Shown: positions 1 to 10,106, counted from the stretch's first letter. The stretch: 64,000 nucleotides of DNA from Terrimicrobiaceae bacterium (GCA_041752695.1 JBGSVZ010000038.1:178033-242032), one strand, 5' to 3'. The notes: generated by a model not told the origin, from the letters alone. Made by a program: numbers and translations.

Positions 1-1429
1 GGCTGCTCACCTCGACCGTATCCTTGCCCTTGAGTTCCGCCTCCGCCGCATGAAAAACCCCATCGGTGCCAGCCAGGGTGAACCCTTCCAAGGGGGCTCC
101 ATTGAATGGCCATAAGCCGCCTCCAATGGACGCAAAGCGAATTTTGACGGTATCCTCAAATGTGGCGTCGACCGGTTCTGGTCCGCCGCGCAGCGAAACC
201 TTCTTATAAACGTCGGCCAGAGCCCAGCGGGCGAGGCGTTGTCCGACCGTTTCCTTGTCAAAGGGATGAATATCGTTCGCCTCTCCGACGTCAATCGCCA
301 CAGCCAGTCCGGCATGCGGGTCCTGGAGAACAAATTGCCGCTGGCTCTCGCGGAGCCGCGCCCAGGGGTCATCCGAGATTCCCTCCACCGGTTGGGTGTG
401 GCTTGCCAATTGCACGACTCCGAAGGCGAGGGACGGATTGTTCCACCAGATCCGCCAATCGTTCACCATGACAGCCAGGCGCTCGTCATATTTCTCGGGA
501 ACCCATTCGGTGTCGTTTTCTCCCTGATACCAAATCACACCGCGAATGGCGAAGGGAGCCACTGTCGCCAGCATGCCATTCGCCAGATTGCCGGGTCGCT
601 GCGAACCGTCCGGATCAAAAGGCGGGGGCTTGGGGGCGTCGCGAAAAGTCCAGTGATCCACTTTGGCATCCAGTGGCTTGCCTTTCGCCCGATTCCACTC
701 CACGCATTTGGCCTGGTAGGCGGCGAATTTCTCCGGGAATTTCTTCATGCCGGCCTCCCACTCCGCCACACGCTGGACCAGGAGCGGATGTTGATCCATG
801 ACCGTGTTGCGGGTCCAGGCAATCGCCGGAGTGGCCCCCCAAGAAGCGGCAATGAGTCCGACCGGAACGCCGAGGGTCGATTGAAGAACGGAACCGAAGT
901 GAAATCCTGCGGCGCTAAATGCTGAGATGGATTTCGGGTCCGACGTGGTCCACGTGGCATTGGCGGAAAACCGAGGTGTGGTGGAAGCCGTGCGATCCAC
1001 CAGATAGAGTCTCAAGAGCGGCTTGCTTCCGCCGAGTGAGGTGAGGTCGGCGTTGAGGCTTTCGGCCACCGTCAACTGCATATTCGACTGTCCGGAGCAC
1101 AGCCAAACTTCGCCCACAAGCACATCATTAAAGACCACTTCCTTTTGCCCGCTGCGCACTTGCAGAGTCGAAGGCATGGCGTTGGCGGCCTCCGGTGCCA
1201 GGGTCGCCATCCATTTGCCCTCAGTGTCCACAACCGCATCGACCGACTGTTTTCCAAACGTGATCGTGACCGTGGTTCCCGGCTCGGCGCGCCCCCAGAC
1301 TGGCAGGGGCTGGCCCTGCTGGAATACCATGTGATCGGAAAAAATCGTCGGCAGTTCGAGAGCCCGCAGGCTGGCAATGGAAGTGATGAGGAGAAACGCC
1401 GCCAGGGTCCGGAGTCGGGAGGTGGTCAT
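1..1429 (-). CDS. Sialate O-acetylesterase (SGNH/SASA family), secreted; 3' end runs off the window
   Basis: Absent from the ORF track because it has no stop in the window. Manual translation from ATG 1429 (ATGA overlap with the upstream stop) gives MTTSRLRTLAAFLLITSIASLRA, LELPTIFSDHMVFQQGQPLPVWGRAEPG, NDVLVGEVWLCSGQSNMQ and C-terminal GFTLAGTDGVFHAAEAEL. Confidence 0.88.
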   Translation of the reverse strand, partial: MTTSRLRTLAAFLLITSIASLRALELPTIFSDHMVFQQGQPLPVWGRAEPGTTVTITFGKQSVDAVVDTEGKWMATLAPEAANAMPSTLQVRSGQKEVVFNDVLVGEVWLCSGQSNMQLTVAESLNADLTSLGGSKPLLRLYLVDRTASTTPRFSANATWTTSDPKSISAFSAAGFHFGSVLQSTLGVPVGLIAASWGATPAIAWTRNTVMDQHPLLVQRVAEWEAGMKKFPEKFAAYQAKCVEWNRAKGKPLDAKVDHWTFRDAPKPPPFDPDGSQRPGNLANGMLATVAPFAIRGVIWYQGENDTEWVPEKYDERLAVMVNDWRIWWNNPSLAFGVVQLASHTQPVEGISDDPWARLRESQRQFVLQDPHAGLAVAIDVGEANDIHPFDKETVGQRLARWALADVYKKVSLRGGPEPVDATFEDTVKIRFASIGGGLWPFNGAPLEGFTLAGTDGVFHAAEAELKGKDTVEVSS

Positions 1430-3447
1430 CGCGGGGATGGTGAAGACTCCCCGCCGCCAATGCGGCGCACAGGTGTGCCGAGACGGTAGTCGTACATTTT
1501 CGCGGAGACCTCACGAACCGCGGCCGTCAAAGTCGGGAGGGGACGGTCCACAAGGGTCACCAGTCCGATGCCAAAGTTTTCGCCGTCCGACCGGCCCGTG
1601 ACCGTTTGACTCGTCCAGGCGAACCAATGGGCGCCGACAAAATTTGGCTGACGCAAAGCATCGGAGATGTACGCTTCGTAAAGATCCGCTTGATTGCGGG
1701 CGTTTGCCGCCCAGGTGAGTCCCACGCCCCAGACGCCGTGATCGGGAGTGCCAAAGTGGAACTCGCTGATGAGCCACGGGCGGTCTTGATCTGTTTTCAT
1801 GCGGAATTCTTCCAGGCTGTGCTGGTAGATGTTGGCACTGAGGACATCGCAGTGCCGGGATGCTGCGGCCGTAATGAAGGGGTTAAACTGGTGGAAACGG
1901 CAGCCGAGATAGAGATGGCCGGGAAAGTATTTTTTCATGGCCTTCCGACAGACCGTGAAATACCGGTCCGCGAAAATTGCGAGGAAGTCATCGAGATCGG
2001 TCGCGAAGGTTTTCTCTCCGAGTGGTCCTGGTGAGGGCCGGATGTCGGCCACGTCCTTGAAGCTGGTGTTCCAGGCCTCGTTAAGCCCCTCGAGGTTGCC
2101 GTGGCGGTTTTGCAAAAATGCGACCAGGGCGACGCGGGCAGGGGTGTCGGCGGAGCAGCGGAGAATTTCACTCACCAGTTCGTGCCCGCCCGGCCAATCC
2201 AGCTCGTTGTCCACAAAGACGCCCAACAGCCAGGGAGTTCCCGCATGCTTGGCTGCCAATTCCGGCATGATGCGATCGAGCGAGTTTTGGAAAGCCTCGG
2301 AGAAGGGATCGGCAATTTTTTTGATCCTGCCCAATGGCTGCATATCCGTGTGGACAATGAGCGTGTAGGGAACCCGTCCTGTCTCCGCCATTTCCGAAAT
2401 TGACCAAGCCCCCACGGTATTGAGACCCCAATCAAACATCCGCGCGAGGGTGAGATCGACTTGCCGGGCGCGCCAGTTCTGCTCGCCAGATTTGACCTTG
2501 AGATTGTCCCAGTAGTGGCTGACCGATGGCGCGCTGCGGTGCTCTTGGGGAAAAATTTCCTCCCGGCCCGTGACCTTGGTCTCTGTGGCTGAACCCACGC
2601 AGTTGACACCCAGCGACCAGAAAAGATTTCCATCCGGGTCCACGAACCACCACTTGCCGTCAAGCTTCTCTACCCGGAAGAATCCCGTGGCTCGTAGATC
2701 CGGGCCTCCCGTCATTCCTCCATAGCGGCTTCGCCCTTCTCTGGGCGTTGTGACTGTGGACACCAGGTCTGCGTCGATGGCCGCGTCCGCGCGGAGTTCC
2801 CCGGCGTCGTGTACCTTGCCGGGCCAGTCCCCGATGCGCAGTTGTCCGAAAAGGTCCAGCAGGGGCATTTCCAGGGTGGCGAGGGCGGCAGGATCGGTGC
2901 GGAAGTCTCCCGCGCCCCGGGGAGAGCCAATTGCAATGATTTGGCCGGGGGCGGCATCGCTCCAATCGATTTGTATCCGGATCTGCAGGATCGCCGAAGG
3001 ATCGATGGCCCGCCAGTGCCGCTGGTGGCCCCAGGGAAACGCGTAGAGATTGCCGAGACGCTTCACGTACGGGTGGTCGGCAGGCAGGGCGTGGCGCGCC
3101 ATCAGGGCCGTCATTTCGAGGGATTCTCCCGGGCGGACAAAAAAGCGCCCGCTTGTGCTGCGCAGCCACTGGACCTTCCGATCACTGAGCGCATGAACAT
3201 GAACATCGAGTTCGGATACCGTGCCATTCTGGATTGGGATCGCGATGTCGCGGAATTTCGAGAGATCCAGCGCGCCGCCCTCGTAGTCAAAAATCACCAC
3301 GGCCCGGCCCGTCGCCTTCTCCAGACGGAGGCGGAACGACGTTTCCGCCTCTCCCGTCACTTTCATACTCCCCATCCCCGGAGCCGCCAACCCGGCGCAA
3401 GCGCTGCAAATGAGGAGGAAAATGGCGGTAAAGAATCGCTCAGACAT
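1426..3447 (-). CDS. GH50-like (beta-agarase-like, clan GH-A) secreted glycoside hydrolase
   Basis: Signal peptide; TGFFRVEKLDGKWWFVDPDGNLFWSLGV; putative acid/base FVDNEL and nucleophile ISEFHFG; YLGCRF; FVGAHWF; DGENFGIG. Confidence 0.8.
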   Translation of the reverse strand: MSERFFTAIFLLICSACAGLAAPGMGSMKVTGEAETSFRLRLEKATGRAVVIFDYEGGALDLSKFRDIAIPIQNGTVSELDVHVHALSDRKVQWLRSTSGRFFVRPGESLEMTALMARHALPADHPYVKRLGNLYAFPWGHQRHWRAIDPSAILQIRIQIDWSDAAPGQIIAIGSPRGAGDFRTDPAALATLEMPLLDLFGQLRIGDWPGKVHDAGELRADAAIDADLVSTVTTPREGRSRYGGMTGGPDLRATGFFRVEKLDGKWWFVDPDGNLFWSLGVNCVGSATETKVTGREEIFPQEHRSAPSVSHYWDNLKVKSGEQNWRARQVDLTLARMFDWGLNTVGAWSISEMAETGRVPYTLIVHTDMQPLGRIKKIADPFSEAFQNSLDRIMPELAAKHAGTPWLLGVFVDNELDWPGGHELVSEILRCSADTPARVALVAFLQNRHGNLEGLNEAWNTSFKDVADIRPSPGPLGEKTFATDLDDFLAIFADRYFTVCRKAMKKYFPGHLYLGCRFHQFNPFITAAASRHCDVLSANIYQHSLEEFRMKTDQDRPWLISEFHFGTPDHGVWGVGLTWAANARNQADLYEAYISDALRQPNFVGAHWFAWTSQTVTGRSDGENFGIGLVTLVDRPLPTLTAAVREVSAKMYDYRLGTPVRRIGGGESSPSPR

Positions 3448-3532
3448 GCAAGGGGGCCAAGGGTGGGGGAGGTTTTCAGTGCGAGCGGGTTTTTGCCGGC
3501 TGGGTCCGGTCGTTACAGGAAAAAATTGCCGA

Positions 3533-3570
3533 TTGACAACTTGATCACAGTATCAGACAAATATCAAACA
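3533..3570. promoter_or_regulatory. Divergent promoter region with TTGACA and a TATCA(G/A)ACA direct repeat
   Basis: TTGACA at 3533; TATCAGACA (3551-3559) and TATCAAACA (3562-3570) in an AT-rich gap between divergent operons. Confidence 0.4.
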
Positions 3571-3667
3571 CAGTTTGCGGTGTTTTTCATTTTGCCGGGA
3601 AATTCGCCGCTACAGGAGCCGCACCCCCCCGAAAACCCTCCCCGAGAATCCGCAAATCTTCCTCCCC

Positions 3668-5260
3668 ATGTCTGGAGTCCGACACCAGGGCCTCGCGAGT
3701 CTTCCTTTTGGCGCTCTCCTTTTCTGCCTCACATCCCTTCCTTTGCGTGCTGAAATGTCAAATCCGGAAGCCTCTCCCCCCCTAAAGCGCCCCAATTTCC
3801 TGATCGTGTTCGCCGACGACTTGGGGTTTGGAGACTTGGGGTGCTATGGGGCGGAAGGCATTCCCACGCCGAATCTCGACCGTATGGCGGAGCAGGGTGC
3901 TCGTTTTACCAATTTTTATGCCACGGCCGCAACCTGCACACCTTCACGCTACAGCCTGCTGACAGGAAGTTACCCGTGGCGCAATCCTCGCGCCCGCATT
4001 CTGGCGGGCGATGCCCCGATGATCATCGGTCCGGAGGAACTCACCTTGCCGGCTGTTCTCCAGCGGGGCGGGTATGCCACCGCCGTCATCGGAAAATGGC
4101 ACATCGGGCTGGGCGACGGAACGCTCGACTGGAACAAAGAAATTCGTCCGTCGCCACGGGATGTCGGGTTCACGGAGTCCTTCATCATGGCCGCGACCAA
4201 CGACCGTGTGCCGTGCGTTTATGTGAAGGACCGTCACGTCTGGAATCTCGGGCCTGACGACCCCCTGGAAGTGGTTTACGGCAAAGAGAATCCTTTTCCC
4301 GAGGTCCCTACTGGTCGCACCCACCCGGAATTACTCGCCATGCGCCACAGCGATGGGCAGCACCATGACACCATCGTCAATGGCGTGCCGCGGATCGGAT
4401 TCAGCCGTGGGGGAAAGTCCGCGACGTGGGATGACACGACGATGGTCGATGTCTTTCTCGATCAAACCAGGGATTTTCTCACCCGGAAAAAAGACACGCC
4501 ATTTTTCCTGTACCTCGCCCTGCACCAGCCGCACGTGCCGAGGATTCCCTCCCAACGGTTTGCGGGGGTTTCGGCGAAGGGTCCGCGGGGCGACGTGATC
4601 ATGGAGCTGGATTGGATGGTTGGTGAAGTGCTCGCCCATCTCAAGAAGCTCGGGCTGGACCAGAACACCATCGTCGTTTTTTCCAGCGACAACGGGCCGA
4701 TCCTTGACGATGGCTACGTGGACGAGGCGGAGGAACGAGCTGGGACGCACCGGCCGGCCGGCCCATTGCGGGGCGGCAAATACAGCCTCTTTGATGGCGG
4801 GGCCAGGGTGCCGGCTATTGTCTGGGGGCCCGGTCTGGTCGCTCCGGGCGAATCGGAAGCTTTGCTCAGCCAGGTCGATCTCCTGGCGAGCCTCGCCCAC
4901 CTGGCCGGCCTGGATCTTGACCCCGCAGAGCGGGCCGACAGCCTGCAGATGGCGGATGCCCTTTTGGGAAAATCCCGGGAAGGCCGCGACCATCTGGTCA
5001 CCGAAGGGTTTGCGGCCAAGACCCTCCTTCGCGAAGGGCGCTGGGTTTTCATTCCCCCGTATCCCGGAGGAAAACTGTTTGGCGATAAAAACGTGGAATC
5101 GGGAAATGCCCCGACACCGCAGCTTTACGATCTGAGCGCCGACGTGGGTCAGCGAAAAAATCTCGCCTCCCTCCACCCCGAGCGGGTCGAGGCCATGTCC
5201 CAATTGCTCACGGAGATTCGGGGAAAGCTCGTCCCGCGCGCCAGTCACTTTCCGCCATAA
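3668..5260 (+). CDS. Arylsulfatase-family sulfatase (formylglycine-dependent), secreted
   Basis: RPNFLIVFADDLGFGD, CTPSRYSLLTG (CxPxR), GKWHIG, FSSDNG, GKYSLFDGGARVP. Start moved to ATG 3668, which gives a signal peptide. Confidence 0.92.
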   Translation: MSGVRHQGLASLPFGALLFCLTSLPLRAEMSNPEASPPLKRPNFLIVFADDLGFGDLGCYGAEGIPTPNLDRMAEQGARFTNFYATAATCTPSRYSLLTGSYPWRNPRARILAGDAPMIIGPEELTLPAVLQRGGYATAVIGKWHIGLGDGTLDWNKEIRPSPRDVGFTESFIMAATNDRVPCVYVKDRHVWNLGPDDPLEVVYGKENPFPEVPTGRTHPELLAMRHSDGQHHDTIVNGVPRIGFSRGGKSATWDDTTMVDVFLDQTRDFLTRKKDTPFFLYLALHQPHVPRIPSQRFAGVSAKGPRGDVIMELDWMVGEVLAHLKKLGLDQNTIVVFSSDNGPILDDGYVDEAEERAGTHRPAGPLRGGKYSLFDGGARVPAIVWGPGLVAPGESEALLSQVDLLASLAHLAGLDLDPAERADSLQMADALLGKSREGRDHLVTEGFAAKTLLREGRWVFIPPYPGGKLFGDKNVESGNAPTPQLYDLSADVGQRKNLASLHPERVEAMSQLLTEIRGKLVPRASHFPP

Positions 5261-5280
5261 CCGCCAAACCGTCATCCTCC

Positions 5281-5907
5281 ATGAAATCAAACATCCTCAA
5301 ATTCTATGGCCTTTGCGCCCTGTCGTCCGTCGCCCTCCATGCCGAAAATCTCGTGGTCAACGGGGATTTCGAATCCGGTGAGGGAAACGCATTTTATGCC
5401 ACTCCACCCTGGTATAACCGCGGAACCGGCTTCAACCAGGGGACGAACGCCCGCTCGGACCAGGGCGCGGTGATCGCGGGTTCCTTTTCGGCCACGGTAA
5501 ACGACCGCTATGACTCCGAAACCGGGAAATTTGGACCCGTCGTGCATGTTCAAAAAACAAAGCATATGATCGAGGCGGGCGATTCCTTCACGCTTTCTTA
5601 TGAGTGGCGTCCGGCGGATACGTATTGGCAAAGATCCGCCGACACCGTCCGGTTTGTCCTTTACGCGACAGCCAATGACAACGCCGGGGGGGAGGTTGTC
5701 TGGTCCGCGGAATTGACTTCGGAATTTTTCACCCGAAAACTCGAATCCACCCTGCCGGTATCCGAGACGACCGAGGTCGTGAACGCCGAGGCTGTCGGCC
5801 ATTCCCTGTTTGTCATGTTTTACGGTTTGGACACCAAGGATAATGGTTCGGGGGTCGCTCACTGGGCGAGGGTGGACAACATTGAGGTTGAAGTGCTCAA
5901 GAAATAA
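5281..5907 (+). CDS. Secreted protein with a probable carbohydrate-binding beta-sandwich domain
   Basis: Signal peptide ending ALHA; NLVVNGDFESG start and VDNIEV end, typical of CBM4/9-like jelly rolls. Confidence 0.6.
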   Translation: MKSNILKFYGLCALSSVALHAENLVVNGDFESGEGNAFYATPPWYNRGTGFNQGTNARSDQGAVIAGSFSATVNDRYDSETGKFGPVVHVQKTKHMIEAGDSFTLSYEWRPADTYWQRSADTVRFVLYATANDNAGGEVVWSAELTSEFFTRKLESTLPVSETTEVVNAEAVGHSLFVMFYGLDTKDNGSGVAHWARVDNIEVEVLKK

Positions 5908-5970
5908 GGGATTCGCCGCACTCCGGACCAGCCGGTTCCGGAGTCAGCGTCCACTTTCCAATTCCGCCCA

Positions 5971-7347
5971 TTGAGCAACATTCTTTTCATCCTTTGCGAC
6001 GATCTCGGGATCAACGATCTCCCTTGCTATGGCCGGTCGGAGCACAGGACCCCCCACCTCGACCGCCTGGCGGGGCAGGGGATACGTTTTGTTTCGGCCT
6101 ATGCGTCACAGGCCATCTGTTCGGCTTCTCGGGCAGGTCTGCTTTCCGGCCTCAATCCGGCGCGTTTGCATTTGACGACCTATTTGCCTGGCCGCCCGGA
6201 CGCCATTTCGCAGCGGGTGCTGCATCCCGAGATCATGATGCATGTGCCTCTTACGGTGAAGACTCTGCCGCGGTATTTTCAGGAGGCGGGTTATACAACG
6301 GGACTCATCGGCAAGTGGCACATCGGCGACAACCCCGGGCCGGCCGAGCATGGGTTTGATTACGTTTATCATCCCAGCGACGGAAAAAACACCACCCCTT
6401 CGGAAATCGAGGGCGGCAAGGCAGAATACGAACTCACGCGCGAAACGATCCGATTCATCGAAGCCAACAAGTCCCGGCCGTTTGTCGCCTATCTCGGGCA
6501 CTATACCCCTCACATTCCCTACACGGCGAGGCAGAATCTCGTAGCTAACAATGCGTCGGCCTTCGAGCCGGTTTATGCGGCGCTGATCGAAACCCTGGAC
6601 GACTCGGTCGGATTGCTTCTCGCGGCCCTCGACGATCTTGGCCTGGCAGAGGATACCATCGTTGTCTTCACCTCCGACAATGGTGGTCTGCATGTCCCCG
6701 AGGGCGGGCACGAGAGGATCACCCACAACACGCCCTTTCGTGCGGGCAAGGGCCACACCTATGAGGGAGGGCAGCGGGTTCCCCTCATCGTGCGCTGGCC
6801 GGGCCACGTGCCGGCGGGACGCGTGACTGACGCACCGGTCAACAACATCGACTGGATCCCGACCCTGCTGGAACTCGTCGGAACCCCGGTGCCACCCGGA
6901 CTGGACGGCATGAGCTTTGCCAACGGTCTCACCGGCGGGACGTTTCCGGAAAGGCCGCTCTTCTGGCATTTTCCCCATTACACGAATCAGGGCGGACGTC
7001 CGGGCGGGGCCGTGCGCGATGGTGATTGGATGCTCGTGGAATTTTACGACGAGGATAAAACCGAACTCTATAACCTCGCGGTCGACGCCGGACAAGGGCG
7101 GGACCTGGCCGGCCGGGAGCCAGGCCGCGTCGCCAGACTCAAAGCGGCCCTCGAAGATTGGCGGCAATTAAACAACGTGCAGTACAACGTGCCCAATCCG
7201 GATTGCAACGAGGCAGAGTTTCGAAATCTTTATGTCACAACCGACCCGAGCAAATTCGATCCAGCCACCGCGGATGATGCCGGGTGGTCGCACATGCAAA
7301 ATTGGCGTGAGAAAATGAACCAGATGGCCCCATGGAAACGAAACTAA
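5971..7347 (+). CDS. Sulfatase (CxAxR type); TTG start, no signal peptide
   Basis: NILFILCDDLG, ICSASRAGLLSG, GKWHIG, FTSDNGG, GKGHTYEGGQRVP, LFWHFPHY. Confidence 0.9.
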   Translation: MSNILFILCDDLGINDLPCYGRSEHRTPHLDRLAGQGIRFVSAYASQAICSASRAGLLSGLNPARLHLTTYLPGRPDAISQRVLHPEIMMHVPLTVKTLPRYFQEAGYTTGLIGKWHIGDNPGPAEHGFDYVYHPSDGKNTTPSEIEGGKAEYELTRETIRFIEANKSRPFVAYLGHYTPHIPYTARQNLVANNASAFEPVYAALIETLDDSVGLLLAALDDLGLAEDTIVVFTSDNGGLHVPEGGHERITHNTPFRAGKGHTYEGGQRVPLIVRWPGHVPAGRVTDAPVNNIDWIPTLLELVGTPVPPGLDGMSFANGLTGGTFPERPLFWHFPHYTNQGGRPGGAVRDGDWMLVEFYDEDKTELYNLAVDAGQGRDLAGREPGRVARLKAALEDWRQLNNVQYNVPNPDCNEAEFRNLYVTTDPSKFDPATADDAGWSHMQNWREKMNQMAPWKRN

Positions 7348-7357
7348 GACCCACCCA

Positions 7358-8200
7358 ATGAAACTGAGTCGCCGAAAATTCCTGAATCTCTCTGCCGCCG
7401 CTGCGGCTGCCACGGCGTTTCCCACCGCCGCTTATTCTCAAAGTTCCAAACCTGGCGGGCCATCAGGCTCAAAAAAGAAGGGCCTTGGCTTGGGGGCAAG
7501 AAATGTCCTCTGGCCGAGCATGCTGACCGCCCTGCAGTGCAAATGGGCGTACACCTGGGGCGGGACAGTTCCCTCGGATTTGCCGGAAGGCATGAACTTT
7601 GTTCCCATGATCCGAAGTAGAAACGTGGAGCCCGAGCACATCGCCTCCGTGGCCGAGGAAGCCAAAAATCACCGGATCACCGAGTTGCTCGGCCTGAACG
7701 AACCGGATGCCAGAAAGCAGGACGACATGAGCGTCGAAGATGCCCTCGCCATGTGGCCACTACTGATGGAAACCGGACTTCGCCTCGGCAGCCCGGCCTG
7801 TGTCCATCCCGACAAGGATTGGATGATCGAGTTCATGGCCGGCGTCGAAAAACGCAAGCTCCGGGTGGATTTCATCTGCGTGCACTCCTACGGCGGCCCG
7901 AATGTAGGGGCCTTTGTCAACAGGCTGGAACAGGTCGCCAAAATGTTTAAGCGTCCGATTTGGATCACCGAGTTCGGCGTCGGTGACTGGTCCGCAAAAA
8001 GTGTCGGGGAAAATCAGCATTCGCCGAAAGTCGTTTTGGGATTTATGGAAAAAGTCCTGCCCATGCTCGATGACCTCGATTGCCTCGAGCGCTACGCGTG
8101 GTTCCCGGCCATGCCGGACAGCGCCCCGCTTGGCACAAGTGCGCTGTTTGATATCGACGGGAAGCTGACCCGGCTCGGCGAATGTTATCGCGACGCCTGA
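7358..8200 (+). CDS. GH128-like glycoside hydrolase (beta-1,3-glucanase family), Tat-exported; paralog 1
   Basis: SRRKFL Tat motif; KKGLG; FVPMI; LLGLNEPD; WITEFG; LERYAWF. Confidence 0.85.
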   Translation: MKLSRRKFLNLSAAAAAATAFPTAAYSQSSKPGGPSGSKKKGLGLGARNVLWPSMLTALQCKWAYTWGGTVPSDLPEGMNFVPMIRSRNVEPEHIASVAEEAKNHRITELLGLNEPDARKQDDMSVEDALAMWPLLMETGLRLGSPACVHPDKDWMIEFMAGVEKRKLRVDFICVHSYGGPNVGAFVNRLEQVAKMFKRPIWITEFGVGDWSAKSVGENQHSPKVVLGFMEKVLPMLDDLDCLERYAWFPAMPDSAPLGTSALFDIDGKLTRLGECYRDA

Positions 8201-8220
8201 TTTTTCACTCCACTGCACTC

Positions 8221-9060
8221 ATGCTTACACGACGCAAATTCCTCAACCTCTCGGCATCGGCGGCCGCCCTCACCATTGCCGCCTGCCGGCGTCCGGCAGA
8301 ACCCGCAGGGGAACTTCCGCCCCGGGGTTCCAAAAAGAAGGGCCTTGGCCAATCGACCAAAAATCCCCAATGGGCTGGGAGGCTCGAAGCCATTCGTTCC
8401 CAATGGTTTTATAGTTGGAATTCCTCCATCCCGCAGGGAATCCCCAAAGGTATGGAATTTATTCCCATGATCTACCGGTACGGGGGTGATGCCAAAGCGA
8501 TCGCTAATGCGGCGGCGTCGGCCAAGGCGGCTGGCATCACCGAGTTGCTCGGATTCAACGAGCCCGATGTGAAGAAACAGGGGAACATGACGATCGAGGA
8601 AACACTGGACGCCTGGCCGTTGCTGATGGACACCGGGATGCGTCTGGGGAGCCCGGGTTGTGTGCATCCGGACAAGGAATGGATGATCGAATTCATGGCC
8701 GGCGTCAAAAAACGCAATCTGCGGGTGGATTTTGTGTGCGTCCATTCCTATGGCGGACCGGGCGCGGAGTCACTGGTCAACAGGTTGGAGAAAATTCATC
8801 AGATGTTCGAACGCCCGATCTGGATCACGGAATTTGCCGTCGGTGACTGGGAGGCCAAAAGTGTCGAAGAAAACCGGCACAAACCTGAAGCCGTGTTGCG
8901 GTTTATGGAAAAGGTCCTTCCGATGCTCGATAAGCTCGATTTCGTAGAACGCTACGCGTGGTTTCCGGCCAAGACCACCAGTATTCCCCTTGGCAGCAGC
9001 GCGCTGTTCAATGAGGACGGTTCGCTCACCCGGCTCGGCGAATGCTATCGTGACGCGTGA
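8221..9060 (+). CDS. GH128-like glycoside hydrolase, Tat lipoprotein; paralog 2
   Basis: TRRKFL Tat motif plus IAAC lipobox; LLGFNEPD; WITEFA; VERYAWF. Start moved to ATG 8221. Confidence 0.85.
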   Translation: MLTRRKFLNLSASAAALTIAACRRPAEPAGELPPRGSKKKGLGQSTKNPQWAGRLEAIRSQWFYSWNSSIPQGIPKGMEFIPMIYRYGGDAKAIANAAASAKAAGITELLGFNEPDVKKQGNMTIEETLDAWPLLMDTGMRLGSPGCVHPDKEWMIEFMAGVKKRNLRVDFVCVHSYGGPGAESLVNRLEKIHQMFERPIWITEFAVGDWEAKSVEENRHKPEAVLRFMEKVLPMLDKLDFVERYAWFPAKTTSIPLGSSALFNEDGSLTRLGECYRDA

Positions 9061-10106
9061 TCAACAAGCTCGTCCTGCCTCTGCTGGCCGCGGCCGCAGG
9101 GTGCTCCTCCGTGATGGTCGCTGCCCCTGAGTTCGCGATCCGCCCCGGCCAGGAGTGGCTGGACAGCGCCGGCAAGCCGATCAACGCCCATGGCGGATGC
9201 GTGCTGTTTCACCAGGGCCTCTATTATTGGTATGGCACACACAAGATCGAGGGACTATCAGAAGCGACCGATGCGGACGGCGGCGTTCATGCCTATGCCT
9301 CGCGCGATCTGGTGAACTGGCATGACCAAGGCATGGTCCTGCCGCTGGACGGCGGGAAGGATGACGACCTACAGCACGGCTGCATCTTTGATCGGCCCAA
9401 AGTGATCTTCAATGAGACGACAAAGGAGTTTGTCCTTTTCTTCAAATTTTACCCCCGCGGCCTCGGCACGAAGGTCGGCTTTGTGGGAGTGGCGACCTCG
9501 CAGAGCCCCAGCGGTCCTTTCACGTACCGTCACAAATTTCTCGGAGGGAACTCCCCGGAGGGCACCGGGGATTTTGCCATGTTCAAGGACGAAAATGGCG
9601 ACCTGTATCACCTGACTGTCCGAAAACCGGACAAGGCGTTTGTCATCGGGAAAATGCGCTCCGACTTCCTGCTGCCCGAGGGCGAATACACCGTCGCCGC
9701 AGGCATCACCCATGCCACCGAAGCCCCGGCCGTGATCAAACGCGAGGGCCGCTACTGGATGCTGGCCTCCGGCTCAACCGGATGGGCTCCCAACGCCGCC
9801 CGCTCGTTCTCTGCGCCAACGATCTTCGGCCCGTGGGTCGACCACGAAAACCCCTGCGAGGGCATTAATCCCCACAACGCCCTCGGCCCCGAACTGACCT
9901 TCGGCGGACAAGCCGCTTTCATCATCGAGGTCGAAGGCAAAAAGGACGCCGCCATTGCGGTCTTCGATATCAACAAACCCGACCATCCCTTCGACAGTCT
10001 TTACGTCTGGCTGCCCATTGCGTTCGAGAACGGCCGCATGCGTATTCCCTGGCGCGACCAGTGGGCGATGGATCATTTTTCAAGGCAGGCGGAAGTTGCG
10101 GAGTGA
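9057..10106 (+). CDS. GH43 family glycoside hydrolase (GH43_24-like)
   Basis: GKPINAHGGCVLFHQGLYYWYG, YASRDLVNW, DRPKVIFN, GVATSQSPSGPF, TEAPAVIK, SGSTGWAPN; GTGA-coupled to the upstream gene. Confidence 0.85.
   Translation: MINKLVLPLLAAAAGCSSVMVAAPEFAIRPGQEWLDSAGKPINAHGGCVLFHQGLYYWYGTHKIEGLSEATDADGGVHAYASRDLVNWHDQGMVLPLDGGKDDDLQHGCIFDRPKVIFNETTKEFVLFFKFYPRGLGTKVGFVGVATSQSPSGPFTYRHKFLGGNSPEGTGDFAMFKDENGDLYHLTVRKPDKAFVIGKMRSDFLLPEGEYTVAAGITHATEAPAVIKREGRYWMLASGSTGWAPNAARSFSAPTIFGPWVDHENPCEGINPHNALGPELTFGGQAAFIIEVEGKKDAAIAVFDINKPDHPFDSLYVWLPIAFENGRMRIPWRDQWAMDHFSRQAEVAE

Noticed and set aside
239..925. 228 aa plus-strand ORF and other short ORFs in 1-1400
   Set aside because: They are shadows of the minus-strand sialate O-acetylesterase that the ORF track missed.
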